Assembly: GCA_034417895.1 (NCBI GenBank) | Contig: DAOULT010000027.1 | Location: 3,738 to 67,737, forward strand | DNA length: 64,000 bases | Reading direction: 5' to 3' | From: Anaerolineae bacterium | GTDB lineage: Bacteria; Chloroflexota; Anaerolineae; CAZYHC01 | Shown: positions 51,290-60,156 of the stretch, piece by piece | How the letters are laid out: each line of letters begins with the position of its first letter | How positions within the stretch are numbered: position 1 is the stretch's first letter | Notes under the pieces: generated by a model | The model's database searches: none | What the model was told of the DNA's origin: nothing | What the model saw: only the letters and a program-made list of their open reading frames with translations | Made by a program: the position numbers and the translations under genes

Positions 51290-52860
51290 ACAAGCGAATG
51301 CCAAGTAGAGTCACTGGAAGAAACCAGGTTTATGGGCAGAAACCTGGTTTCTGGGGAAGCGCCAGGCGCCTGGGAAGCAAGGTGGTTCTCTTTCTGTTCA
51401 TCCTGGCGATGAGCCTGCTTATTGCTCTTTTGCCCCTGACGTGGGCGGCGGCTCTCATCCTGGGGAGCATCGTCCTGGTCTTGACTCTGATCCGCCCTGA
51501 GTACGGCCTTTACCTGTTGATCTTCGCCGTGCCTTTTGGGGCCATCCGCGAGATTCAGCTCAGTCGCTTTACGGTGGGCGTCACCGAGGCGTTGGTAGGG
51601 TTGGTGCTGGCTGCCTGGCTGGTCAGAATGATCGCCGTCCGTGAGGTGAGGTTTCCTCACCCGCCCCTGCTGCTCCCCTTGCTGGTGTTTCTGGGGGCTA
51701 TCCTGCTGTCGTGGTCGAACACTTTCTCGCTTCCCTACAGCGTCAAGGAGACCCTGAAATGGATCGAAGTGGTGGCCCTTTATCTTTTTGTAGCCGCCAC
51801 CATCGACCGCCCCCGGGCCAGGACAGTGATAGCCTGTATGCTGGCGGCGGGCAGCCTTCAGGCTGTGGTGGGTTTTTACCAGTTCTTCGGCGGGGTAGGG
51901 CCGGAGCATTTTGTCCTGTTCGGGCGTTTCATGCGGGCCGCCGGCACCTTTGCGCAGCCTAACCCTTTCGCCGGATACCTGGGGCTGGTGCTTCCTCTGG
52001 CCTATAGTCTGTTGCTTGCTTCCTTTGCCCCTGGCGAGGCGGCTAAGGGCCAGGCAGCCAGCTTTGTGAGGCGTGGCTTGTGGACTGCATTCTACGGCGT
52101 GGCCCTGGCCTTGATGGGGGCGGCCATGATCATGAGTTGGTCGCGAGGAGCCTGGTTGGGCCTGGGGGCTGCGTTCGTGGTGGTCAGTGTGGTGCGCAGC
52201 CGACGGGCCGCCGTGTTGTTTGCCTTGGCCGTGGTGGTGCTCATTTTCGTGCTGATCCTGGGCAGCCTGGAGCTGTTGCCTGAGTTTATAACTCAACGTT
52301 TCGCCCTCGTTCAACCTTACCTGCGCGTTTTCGACGTCCGTGAAGTGGAGGTTACTGCGGGGAACTGGGCGGTGGTGGAACGGATGGCCCACTGGCAGGC
52401 GGGCTGGTATATGTTCAGCGCCCATCCCTGGCTGGGGGTGGGGATGGGTAATTACGTGCCCATCTATCCCCTGTACGCCCTGCCCGGCTGGGACGAGCCG
52501 CTAGGACACGCCCACAATTACTACCTCAACGTCGCCGCCGAGGCCGGCCTGGTGGGCCTGAGCGCCTATCTTCTGCTGTGGGGGGCCTGTTTCTGGCAGG
52601 CCTGGCAGACGGTGCGAGGCGCGACCGGCTACGCCCAGGCCGTAGCCACAGGCATCCTGGGCGTCATCACCCACCTGACCGTCCATAACTTATTCGATAA
52701 CCTGTACGTCCACGGTATGTACATGCACATTGCCATCCTGTTAGCTCTGCTTTACGTGATCCCCAGGGGGCCTGGCCCTTTGGAAGTTTGTATGAACGAG
52801 CAGACACGGATTTCCCTCACGGATGTCACGGATGAGCCGCTCGTTCACACGCTTCGATGA
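51268..52860 (+). CDS. O-antigen ligase / oligosaccharyltransferase-like membrane protein
   Basis: Polytopic; [40 protein letters not shown]. Start uncertain (ATG 51298 is likely). Confidence 0.85.
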   Translation: MVQGQGLNKRMPSRVTGRNQVYGQKPGFWGSARRLGSKVVLFLFILAMSLLIALLPLTWAAALILGSIVLVLTLIRPEYGLYLLIFAVPFGAIREIQLSRFTVGVTEALVGLVLAAWLVRMIAVREVRFPHPPLLLPLLVFLGAILLSWSNTFSLPYSVKETLKWIEVVALYLFVAATIDRPRARTVIACMLAAGSLQAVVGFYQFFGGVGPEHFVLFGRFMRAAGTFAQPNPFAGYLGLVLPLAYSLLLASFAPGEAAKGQAASFVRRGLWTAFYGVALALMGAAMIMSWSRGAWLGLGAAFVVVSVVRSRRAAVLFALAVVVLIFVLILGSLELLPEFITQRFALVQPYLRVFDVREVEVTAGNWAVVERMAHWQAGWYMFSAHPWLGVGMGNYVPIYPLYALPGWDEPLGHAHNYYLNVAAEAGLVGLSAYLLLWGACFWQAWQTVRGATGYAQAVATGILGVITHLTVHNLFDNLYVHGMYMHIAILLALLYVIPRGPGPLEVCMNEQTRISLTDVTDEPLVHTLR

Positions 52861-52909
52861 AACCCGCAGAGCGCGCGGAGAACGTGGAGAGGTTTCTGGC
52901 AGCGCCAGC

Positions 52910-52933
52910 CACCTGACGAAAGGTGATTTTTTT
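52910..52933 (+). terminator. Possible weak intrinsic terminator/attenuator before gtrA
   Basis: CACCT-gacgaa-AGGTG stem followed by a T-run; the stem is short. Confidence 0.3.
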
Positions 52934-52938
52934 CCTTT

Positions 52939-53454
52939 ATGTCAACGTCTAAACTGTTTGAGTTGATGCAGACCAATCCCGTGTTGTCCAGAGTACTGAC
53001 CCTGGCCCGTCGCCATCCCGGGCTTGCCAGGCTGATTGACCACGCCCTGGCTAATTCTCAGGAAATCGAGCGGTTCATAAAATTTGCCCTGGTCGGCACT
53101 TCGGGCACGGTGGTCGATTTCGGGCTGTTGAATCTGCTTATTCAGGTTTTTGGGTTTAGCCTGGTAGCGGCCAATACCTGCTCTTTCAGCGCGGCAGTGT
53201 TCAACAATTTCATCTGGAACAGGCTGTGGACCTTTCCCGAATCCAGGGAGCGTCCTTTCCTTCCCCAACTGGCTCAGTTCACCCTGGTCAACATCGTCGG
53301 GTGGGTCATAAACACGGGCATTCTGTGGTCGCTCAGCACCTACGTACTCACTGCTCCGCTGTGGGGCTATAACCTGGCTAAAGTTATCGCCACCGTGGTG
53401 GTCTTGTTCTGGAATTTTGGGATCAATCGGATATGGACCTATAAGGGGATTTAG
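52939..53454 (+). CDS. GtrA-family small flippase
   Basis: RFIKFALVG..GTVVDF, NNFIWNRLWTF, four TMs. Confidence 0.88.
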   Translation: MSTSKLFELMQTNPVLSRVLTLARRHPGLARLIDHALANSQEIERFIKFALVGTSGTVVDFGLLNLLIQVFGFSLVAANTCSFSAAVFNNFIWNRLWTFPESRERPFLPQLAQFTLVNIVGWVINTGILWSLSTYVLTAPLWGYNLAKVIATVVVLFWNFGINRIWTYKGI

Positions 53455-53476
53455 CTGCTGAAGAGACGGCACACCG

Positions 53477-54841
53477 ATGAGAAGAAAATCCTTCGACGTG
53501 ATCCTGCTGTTCATCCTGCTGATCGCCAGAGTGCGCATCGACACCCTGGTCGATGCTTTGGTGGCCCCCCGGCCGGTGGAAACCGTCCAGCGCCTCTTTG
53601 GGTGGCTGCTACCGGAACGTAGCCTGGGGCTGCTCGCCGATTGGATGACTGACCCGGTCAGCCTGCTGCTCGCCACCATCACTTTCGGGTTGCTGCTCGC
53701 CTATTTGGTGGTCGATGCCTGCCATCTGGCCGAGGAGAAAGAATACCGTCTCAAGCTGGCCCTCGTCTGGCTGATCGTGCTGAGCACCGTGATCGCTCAG
53801 ACCGGCTTCCTGATCCTGATGCGCCATCAAAGCGGCCCGGCCAGTTTCACCCACGACGGCGGCGTCATCCAGACGGAAGAGACCATCAAGTACATTCTGG
53901 CGGGCAAGAACCCTTACGTCGAGGATTACCTGGACACCCCTATGGCCGAGTGGGGGCTGGACCGCAGGACCGCTCTTTATCACTACCCCTACCTGCCCTG
54001 GACGTTCATCTTTTCTACCCCTTTTTATCTTCTCAGCCATCTTTTGCCGGGCTGGTACGATCAGCGCTTTGTCTATCTCTTGCTGTTCATCGTCATGCTG
54101 GCGCTGGCCCCCAGGCTGACGGACGACCGCCGGGCCGCCCTGGGCCTGACCATGACCCTGGGCCTCAACCCCATCATGGGCAACGACATCATTTACGGCC
54201 AGAACGACTCTTTTGTCCTGTTCTGGGTGGTCTGGAGCGTTTATTTTCTGCGCTATGGGCGCCGCACTCTCTCCGCGGTAGCTTTCGGCCTGGCCTGCGC
54301 CAGCAAACCGACAGCCTGGTTTCTGGCCCCTTTCTATCTCCTCTACCTGATGGGCGACCTGCTGAGCGAGGAAGAGTCTCCCTTAAAGGCGAAGGTAAAA
54401 ACCTTGTTACCGCAAATCCTGCCCGGCGTGGTGGTCTTCGTTCTCCTGGTGCTGCCTTTTGCTCTCTGGAACCTGGAGGCCATGGTGGACGACATCTGGC
54501 GCTGGTCGAGCGGCACGGCGGACGTTCCCTATCAGATACGGGGCTGGGGCTTCGCCAACCTGATCCTGGCCCTGGGGCTGGTCGAGTCGCGGCTCGGCTA
54601 TTTCCCTTTCTGGCTGTTTGAGCTTCTTTTTGGTCTGCCTCTTCTCCTCTTCCTCCTCTGGCGGCAGGTCAGAGATAACACCCTCCAGGCCATGTTTTAC
54701 GGCTACGGTTTCTTTCTTCTTATCTTTTTCTATTTCTCCCGTTTTCTCAACGAGAACTATGTGGGTTACATCCTGGCCTGTCTGGCCCTGGCCTGTTTCG
54801 TGGGACACGAAAAGACGCAAACGAAGTTCAGAGATGGCTGA
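53477..54841 (+). CDS. GT87/DUF2029-like GT-C membrane glycosyltransferase
   Basis: HDGG, GKNPY, YPYLP, GQND, ACASKPTAW; polytopic. Confidence 0.7.
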   Translation: MRRKSFDVILLFILLIARVRIDTLVDALVAPRPVETVQRLFGWLLPERSLGLLADWMTDPVSLLLATITFGLLLAYLVVDACHLAEEKEYRLKLALVWLIVLSTVIAQTGFLILMRHQSGPASFTHDGGVIQTEETIKYILAGKNPYVEDYLDTPMAEWGLDRRTALYHYPYLPWTFIFSTPFYLLSHLLPGWYDQRFVYLLLFIVMLALAPRLTDDRRAALGLTMTLGLNPIMGNDIIYGQNDSFVLFWVVWSVYFLRYGRRTLSAVAFGLACASKPTAWFLAPFYLLYLMGDLLSEEESPLKAKVKTLLPQILPGVVVFVLLVLPFALWNLEAMVDDIWRWSSGTADVPYQIRGWGFANLILALGLVESRLGYFPFWLFELLFGLPLLLFLLWRQVRDNTLQAMFYGYGFFLLIFFYFSRFLNENYVGYILACLALACFVGHEKTQTKFRDG

Positions 54842-55004
54842 TGGGGGCGGCCCTTTCACAGACACGATTACTGTCCGAGAGTAAACCTTTCTGAGCGATC
54901 AAAACCAGAGCGAGGAACAGGGCCGTTCATCTGAGCCCCAATTCCTGCCGTGTGCCCCCCAAACCAGGTAGATAGCTGCGCAACTCTACGGCCCCTCTAA
55001 ATTT

Positions 55005-55058
55005 TTAACCAAACCTTAACTTGATCTTTACCCGATAATAACCTTTTTGTGGTATAAT
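55005..55058 (+). promoter_or_regulatory. Extended -10 promoter with three 11-bp-phased TTAAC/TTTAC boxes
   Basis: TTAAC at 55005 and 55016, TTTAC at 55027; TGTGGTATAAT at 55048-55058; no consensus -35. Confidence 0.55.
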
Positions 55059-55126
55059 ATTTAAAGAGCCGCTGGTACCACCATCTGGCCCTTAAGCCAA
55101 CACTTAAGTGAACGGAACCGTAACAC

Positions 55127-55155
55127 TTGCAAGAGGCATGAAGCCATGATATAAT
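55127..55155 (+). promoter_or_regulatory. Second sigma70-type promoter upstream of the kinase
   Basis: TTGCAA-N17-TATAAT with TG extension. Confidence 0.65.
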
Positions 55156-55533
55156 ATTTTAGAACTTATGAACATCTTATCACAGCCCTGAGTAAGCAAG
55201 GCCTCATCCGATTCTCCCCGCCGGTGAGGCAACAAGCCTGACCCTGGCCATCTGACCGCCAGCAGACACGGTCCAGGCTGCTCTGAGTTGCAATTCAGCC
55301 GTTGGGCGAGCTGGGGCCGGGTCATTGTTGCCCTGGAGCTTTAGCGACGACGGACTAATGGAAACCCGAGCAGAGAGCAACTTCCCCACCAGGTAACTAC
55401 CCCCGAGGCTTCCTGTGTGGCGCTGTGGCACGTGTGTTCCGCGGCGCTTATGTGTTTTTTATGGAGATAGCCTGGCTAGTCAGTGGGTGACCCAGCGAGG
55501 GGTGAAAGGTGAGGAGCCGAGGAGGAACCTCCT

Positions 55534-58500
55534 ATGACCTGGCAAGAGACACCTTATACGATCCCATTGCTTTTAGCCGTGGTCATCTCGGCGGTGACGG
55601 CGTTCTCCGCACGGCGACGCCGCTCTGCCCCGGGCGCAGCGGCATTCATCTTGATCATGCTGAGTGTAGCTGGATGGTCGCTAGGGTACGCGCTGCAACT
55701 GGCAGGCGCAGACTTGCCGACCAAGGTCTTTTGGGCCAAGTTTCAATCCCTGGGCCAGATGTTCATGGACCCTTTAATCCTGGTTTTTGCTCTGCACTAC
55801 ACTGGCCGCGTACGATGGCTGACCCGCCGCAATCTGGCCCTGCTATCTATCGAGCCGCTCCTCTGGGTGGCGCTGACCTGGACTAACGAACTCCACGGGC
55901 TGATCTGGAGCGAGGTCAAGCTGAATACCAGCGGCCCGTTCGCGGTGCTGGATGTAACTCTTGGCACATGGGTCTTCATCTCGGACGTGTATAGCTACTC
56001 ATTGGTACTCATCAGTATGTTCCTGCTCGGCCAGATGTTCCTTCGGACGCCAGGGCTATACCGTAAACAGATTATCGCCATGCTAATTGGCATGAGCGCC
56101 CCGGTGATAGGACGGGCGTTATATTTTTCCGGCCTGAGTCCCTTTCCCCACCTTGATCTTGTCCCCATAGCTTTCACCATAACCGGCCTGGCAATATTTG
56201 GGGGCTTCTTTCGCTTCCACCTCTTAGACATCGTTCCTATGGCACGCGAGGCCATTATCGAGGGCCTGGGCGATGGGGTGATCGTGCTGGACGCCCAGAA
56301 CCGTATCGTAAATCTCAACCCGGCGGCGCAGCGGATCGTTGGCTCCTCCACGAAGGCGATTGGCAGACCAGTTGCTCAGGTATTGGCTGACCACGCCGAA
56401 CTGCTCGAGCGCTTCCGGGGCGTGACAGAGGAACGGGCAGAGATCGTCCTGGGGGAAGGTGAGACGCAGCGCTACTTTGACCTGCGCATCTCATCCCTGT
56501 ACGACCGGCACGATCGCCTGACTGGTCGCCTGGCTGTTTTGCACGACATCACCGAGCGCAAGCGGGCGGAGGAGGCCCTGCGAGAGAGCGAAGAGAGATA
56601 TCGGGACCTGTTTGAGAACGCCAACGACCTGATCCAGAGCGTGACCCTCGACGGTTCTCTGGTGTATGTCAACCGCGCCTGGCGGGAAACTCTGGGGTAT
56701 AGTGAGGAAGAAATCCCCGGCCTCTCCTTGTTCGACATCATTCACCCCGATAGCCAGGCACACTGCATGGAGATATTTCAACGGGTGATGGCCGGAGAAG
56801 AGTTTGATCGCGTTGAGGCCACGTTCGTGACCAGGGACGGCAGGGCGGTGGCGGTTGAAGGGAGCGTCAATTGTGGCTTCAAGGATGGCGTCCCCGTAGC
56901 CACCCGGGGCATTTTCCGCGACATCACCGAGCGCAGGCGGGCGGAGGAAGCCCTGCGCCGAGCGCACGATGAGTTAGAACTCCGGGTGCAGGAGCGGACC
57001 ACAGAACTAACAGAAGCCAACGAAGCATTGCGGGCCGAAATCGCCGAGCGCAAGCGGGTGGAGGAAGCGCTGAGGGAGAGCGAAGAGAAGTACCGCGACC
57101 TGGTAGAAAACGTAAATGATATCATCTACGCTACTGACGAGGAGGGAGTGATAACCTACATCAGCCCCGCCATAGAATCGCTCAGCGGATACAGCCCGGC
57201 GGAGATCATAGATAGATCGTTTGCTGAGTTCATTTACCAAAACGATTTGCCCTATATCGTGAAGCAGTTTCAGAAAGTCGCTTCTGGTCAAACCGAACCA
57301 AGTGAGTATCGGATTGTGACCAAATCCGGCGAAATCTGCTGGGTGCGCACTTCCAGCCGCCCGGTTTCCAGGGAAGGCAGGCTCATTGGGTTGCGAGGAG
57401 TGATGACGGACATCACCAAGCGCAAGCAGGCGGAGGAGGCCCTGCGTAGAGCGGAGGCTGAGGCCCGGCGGCGACTGGAAGAGCAAACCGCTCTGCGAGA
57501 AGCGGGCGCGGTCATCACCTCGACGCTGGACCTGGCTGACGTGTTGAACCGTATTGCCGAGCAGATGGGCCGGGCCTTAGACGCCACCAGCGCCTATATC
57601 AACGCTGCGGAGCCGGAGACAAGAACAAGCACCGTGGTGGCTGAGTACATCAGCCCGCACGCCTGTGCGAAGGAACGGGTGTCGGACCTGGGCGTCACCT
57701 ATGTGGAAACCGACGTTGAGTTTCTGGAAGCTTTGCAGGCCGGTCAACATTGGGTTGGGCATGTGGACGAACCAGATGCAGACGAATACGATCGGGATCA
57801 CATGCAGCAATATGGAGCTAAAAGCATCCTGTACATCCCGCTGTACATCCGAGGCCAGGCCCTTGGTTACGCCGAGCTGTGGGAGAGCCGACGGCGACGA
57901 GAGTTCACCTCTGAGGAGATCGCTCTCTGCCAGGCCATCGCCCAGAACGCGACCATCGCTATCCAGAATGCCCGGCTGTACGAGCAGGCGCGGCAGGAGC
58001 TGGCCGAGCGCAAGCGGGTGGAGGCCGAAATTATTCAACGCAACCGTGATCTGCTAACCTTACAATCTGCCGGCGCAGCCATCACTTCCAGCCTGGACCT
58101 CCAGTATGTGCTGGACACCGTCGCCAGGGAAATGGCTAACCTGTTGGGGGCCGAAGCCTGCGCCATCTCCGAATGGGAGCAGGCAGCCGATACAGTTTCT
58201 CTGATGGCCGAGTATGGCCCCCCCGAGCGCTGGAACGAGAGCAGCACGCTGAAAGAAGTCTATCACCTCTCGGATTACCCCCTGACAAAACGGGTTTTGG
58301 TTGAACGATGCGCCCGCTGGATAGCGGTTAATCAGCCCGATATCGATCCCGCCGAATTAGCCCTTATGCAAAAAGCCAAAATCAAGACTCTGCTGATGCT
58401 GCCTATGGTATTCCAGGATCGCGTGGTGGGGCTGGTTGAAGTGAAAGATTGGAAAAAACGCGCTTTCACGGACCAGGAGATTGCGCTGGCCCAACTGCTG

Positions 58501-60156
58501 GCTAACCAGGCCGCCAGCGCCATTGAGAACGCCCGGCTGTACGAGAGCGAGCGGCATCAGCGCCAGAAAGCTGAGATGCTGCTGCAAACCAGCGAGGCCG
58601 TGGCCTCCTCACTCGATCTTGGTCAGGTGTTGCTGACGCTGGCCGACCAACTGCTAGACATCAGCGAGTTTCACATTTGCGACATCTACGAGTGGGAGCG
58701 GGAAGCAGGACAGTTCCGGACCCTGGCTGAATACTCGCGCGCCGTTTGGCCCCCCGAAGGCGGAGAGACTTATCGTCTGAGCGACTATCCAACCACGGAG
58801 CGAGTTCTGACCACCGGCCAGCCCGAAATCATCCATGTTGACATGGACGACCCGGAGCTAACGTGGATGAGCGAAGTGGGCCTGGCGGCTTTGCTGATGT
58901 TGCCGTTGCGGGCCGGGGAGGAGATAATCGGTCTGGCGGAGATCGGGAGCCCCGAACTCACATTCGCCCAGAAAGGTGTGCCCCGCTGCCAACAAGTCCT
59001 GCAAGAGGCGGCCTCCTGGCTGAAGTCTCCGTTATGGACCAATGCGGACGACGAGCTTCTGGCCCTGGCAGGCCGACTGAGCGAGGCCGGCGGCGCTTCC
59101 TGGTGCGCTCTCTCGGCCTGGTATCAGCCCGAAGGGGAAGTACGGACGTTGGTGGAGTACAGCGATTTGGTCTGGCCTCCCGGCCAGGGACCACCCTATC
59201 ACCTGGCCGACCATCCGCTTTCGATCCGTGCACTGAAAGAGGGCGTCTCCATGGTCTTGCGGCTCAGCGACCCCACCATAAGCTCTGCTAATCGAGACGA
59301 GTTGACCAAATGGGGAGGGCGCACGCTGGTCGTTCAACCCCTCTCCATCAAGGGAGTGCCTATCGGGCTGGTACAGTTTTACAATACCGCCAAGGAGCGA
59401 AGCGTTAGCGACGACGAGCTACGCTTGTGGCGAGCGGTGGCAGACCAGGCGGCTATTGCCGTGGAGAACGCGCGGCTGTACGAACGGGCGCAGCAAGAAA
59501 TCGCCGAGCGCAGGCGAGCGGAGAAGCAAATCAAGGCTTCGCTCCGAGAGAAAGAGTTGCTTCTTAAGGAAATTCACCACCGCGTCAAAAACAATCTGCA
59601 AGTCATTTCCAGTATGCTCTACCTTCAGTCCTACAATATCGGAGACGAACTGGCCCTCGAGATGATCAGGGATAGCCAGAACCGCGTCAGGTCCATGGCC
59701 CTCGTCCACGAAAAACTGTATCAATCCGAAGACCTGGCCCAGGTTGACTTCGCTGAATACATCCGCAGCCTGGTAAGTCATTTGTTCCAGTCGTATAAAG
59801 TCAATTCGAGCATCACTCAACTGAAGGTAAACATCGGTGATGTTTCTATGAGTATAAATATGGCCATTCCCTGTGGTTTGATCCTCAACGAGCTTATTTC
59901 CAATTCCCTGAAACACGCCTTTCCAGACGGCAGGGCCGGCGAAATCCACGTCGAACTTCGTTCGGATAAGGCCGGTAAGTTTACCCTGGTAGTCAGTGAC
60001 AACGGCATTGGCTTACCGCAGGATTTGAGCCTCCGCGAGACGGAATCGTTGGGCTTGCAACTGGTAAACACTTTAGTCAGGCAGCTTGAAGGCGCTATCG
60101 AGCTTGACGGCAGTGGGGGAACAGCATTTAAGATCACATTTGCTGCCCCGGTATGA
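55534..60156 (+). CDS. Giant sensor histidine kinase: 7TM - PAS x3 - GAF x4 - HisKA_2/HATPase
   Basis: HisKA_7TM-type N-terminus, repeated [15 protein letters not shown] linkers, GAF ends [21 protein letters not shown]-box, NELISNSLKHAF, DNGIG, SLGL. Confidence 0.93.
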   Translation: MTWQETPYTIPLLLAVVISAVTAFSARRRRSAPGAAAFILIMLSVAGWSLGYALQLAGADLPTKVFWAKFQSLGQMFMDPLILVFALHYTGRVRWLTRRNLALLSIEPLLWVALTWTNELHGLIWSEVKLNTSGPFAVLDVTLGTWVFISDVYSYSLVLISMFLLGQMFLRTPGLYRKQIIAMLIGMSAPVIGRALYFSGLSPFPHLDLVPIAFTITGLAIFGGFFRFHLLDIVPMAREAIIEGLGDGVIVLDAQNRIVNLNPAAQRIVGSSTKAIGRPVAQVLADHAELLERFRGVTEERAEIVLGEGETQRYFDLRISSLYDRHDRLTGRLAVLHDITERKRAEEALRESEERYRDLFENANDLIQSVTLDGSLVYVNRAWRETLGYSEEEIPGLSLFDIIHPDSQAHCMEIFQRVMAGEEFDRVEATFVTRDGRAVAVEGSVNCGFKDGVPVATRGIFRDITERRRAEEALRRAHDELELRVQERTTELTEANEALRAEIAERKRVEEALRESEEKYRDLVENVNDIIYATDEEGVITYISPAIESLSGYSPAEIIDRSFAEFIYQNDLPYIVKQFQKVASGQTEPSEYRIVTKSGEICWVRTSSRPVSREGRLIGLRGVMTDITKRKQAEEALRRAEAEARRRLEEQTALREAGAVITSTLDLADVLNRIAEQMGRALDATSAYINAAEPETRTSTVVAEYISPHACAKERVSDLGVTYVETDVEFLEALQAGQHWVGHVDEPDADEYDRDHMQQYGAKSILYIPLYIRGQALGYAELWESRRRREFTSEEIALCQAIAQNATIAIQNARLYEQARQELAERKRVEAEIIQRNRDLLTLQSAGAAITSSLDLQYVLDTVAREMANLLGAEACAISEWEQAADTVSLMAEYGPPERWNESSTLKEVYHLSDYPLTKRVLVERCARWIAVNQPDIDPAELALMQKAKIKTLLMLPMVFQDRVVGLVEVKDWKKRAFTDQEIALAQLLANQAASAIENARLYESERHQRQKAEMLLQTSEAVASSLDLGQVLLTLADQLLDISEFHICDIYEWEREAGQFRTLAEYSRAVWPPEGGETYRLSDYPTTERVLTTGQPEIIHVDMDDPELTWMSEVGLAALLMLPLRAGEEIIGLAEIGSPELTFAQKGVPRCQQVLQEAASWLKSPLWTNADDELLALAGRLSEAGGASWCALSAWYQPEGEVRTLVEYSDLVWPPGQGPPYHLADHPLSIRALKEGVSMVLRLSDPTISSANRDELTKWGGRTLVVQPLSIKGVPIGLVQFYNTAKERSVSDDELRLWRAVADQAAIAVENARLYERAQQEIAERRRAEKQIKASLREKELLLKEIHHRVKNNLQVISSMLYLQSYNIGDELALEMIRDSQNRVRSMALVHEKLYQSEDLAQVDFAEYIRSLVSHLFQSYKVNSSITQLKVNIGDVSMSINMAIPCGLILNELISNSLKHAFPDGRAGEIHVELRSDKAGKFTLVVSDNGIGLPQDLSLRETESLGLQLVNTLVRQLEGAIELDGSGGTAFKITFAAPV
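57421..57990 (+). repeat. GAF-coding segment duplicated at about 61381-61940
   Basis: Long identical nucleotide runs, e.g. gcgagaagcgggcgcggtcatcacctcgacgctggacctggctg and gaacgggtgtcggacctgggcgtcacc, in both kinases. Confidence 0.9.

Noticed and set aside
56540-57440. Short recurring repeats that could look like a CRISPR or VNTR array
   Set aside because: They are in-frame PAS-linker codons ([12 protein letters not shown]) with irregular spacing and no cas genes.
57560-59480. Bilin-binding (phytochrome/cyanobacteriochrome) role for the GAF domains
   Set aside because: No DIP/PASDIP or DXCF motif and no canonical CH chromophore site were seen.
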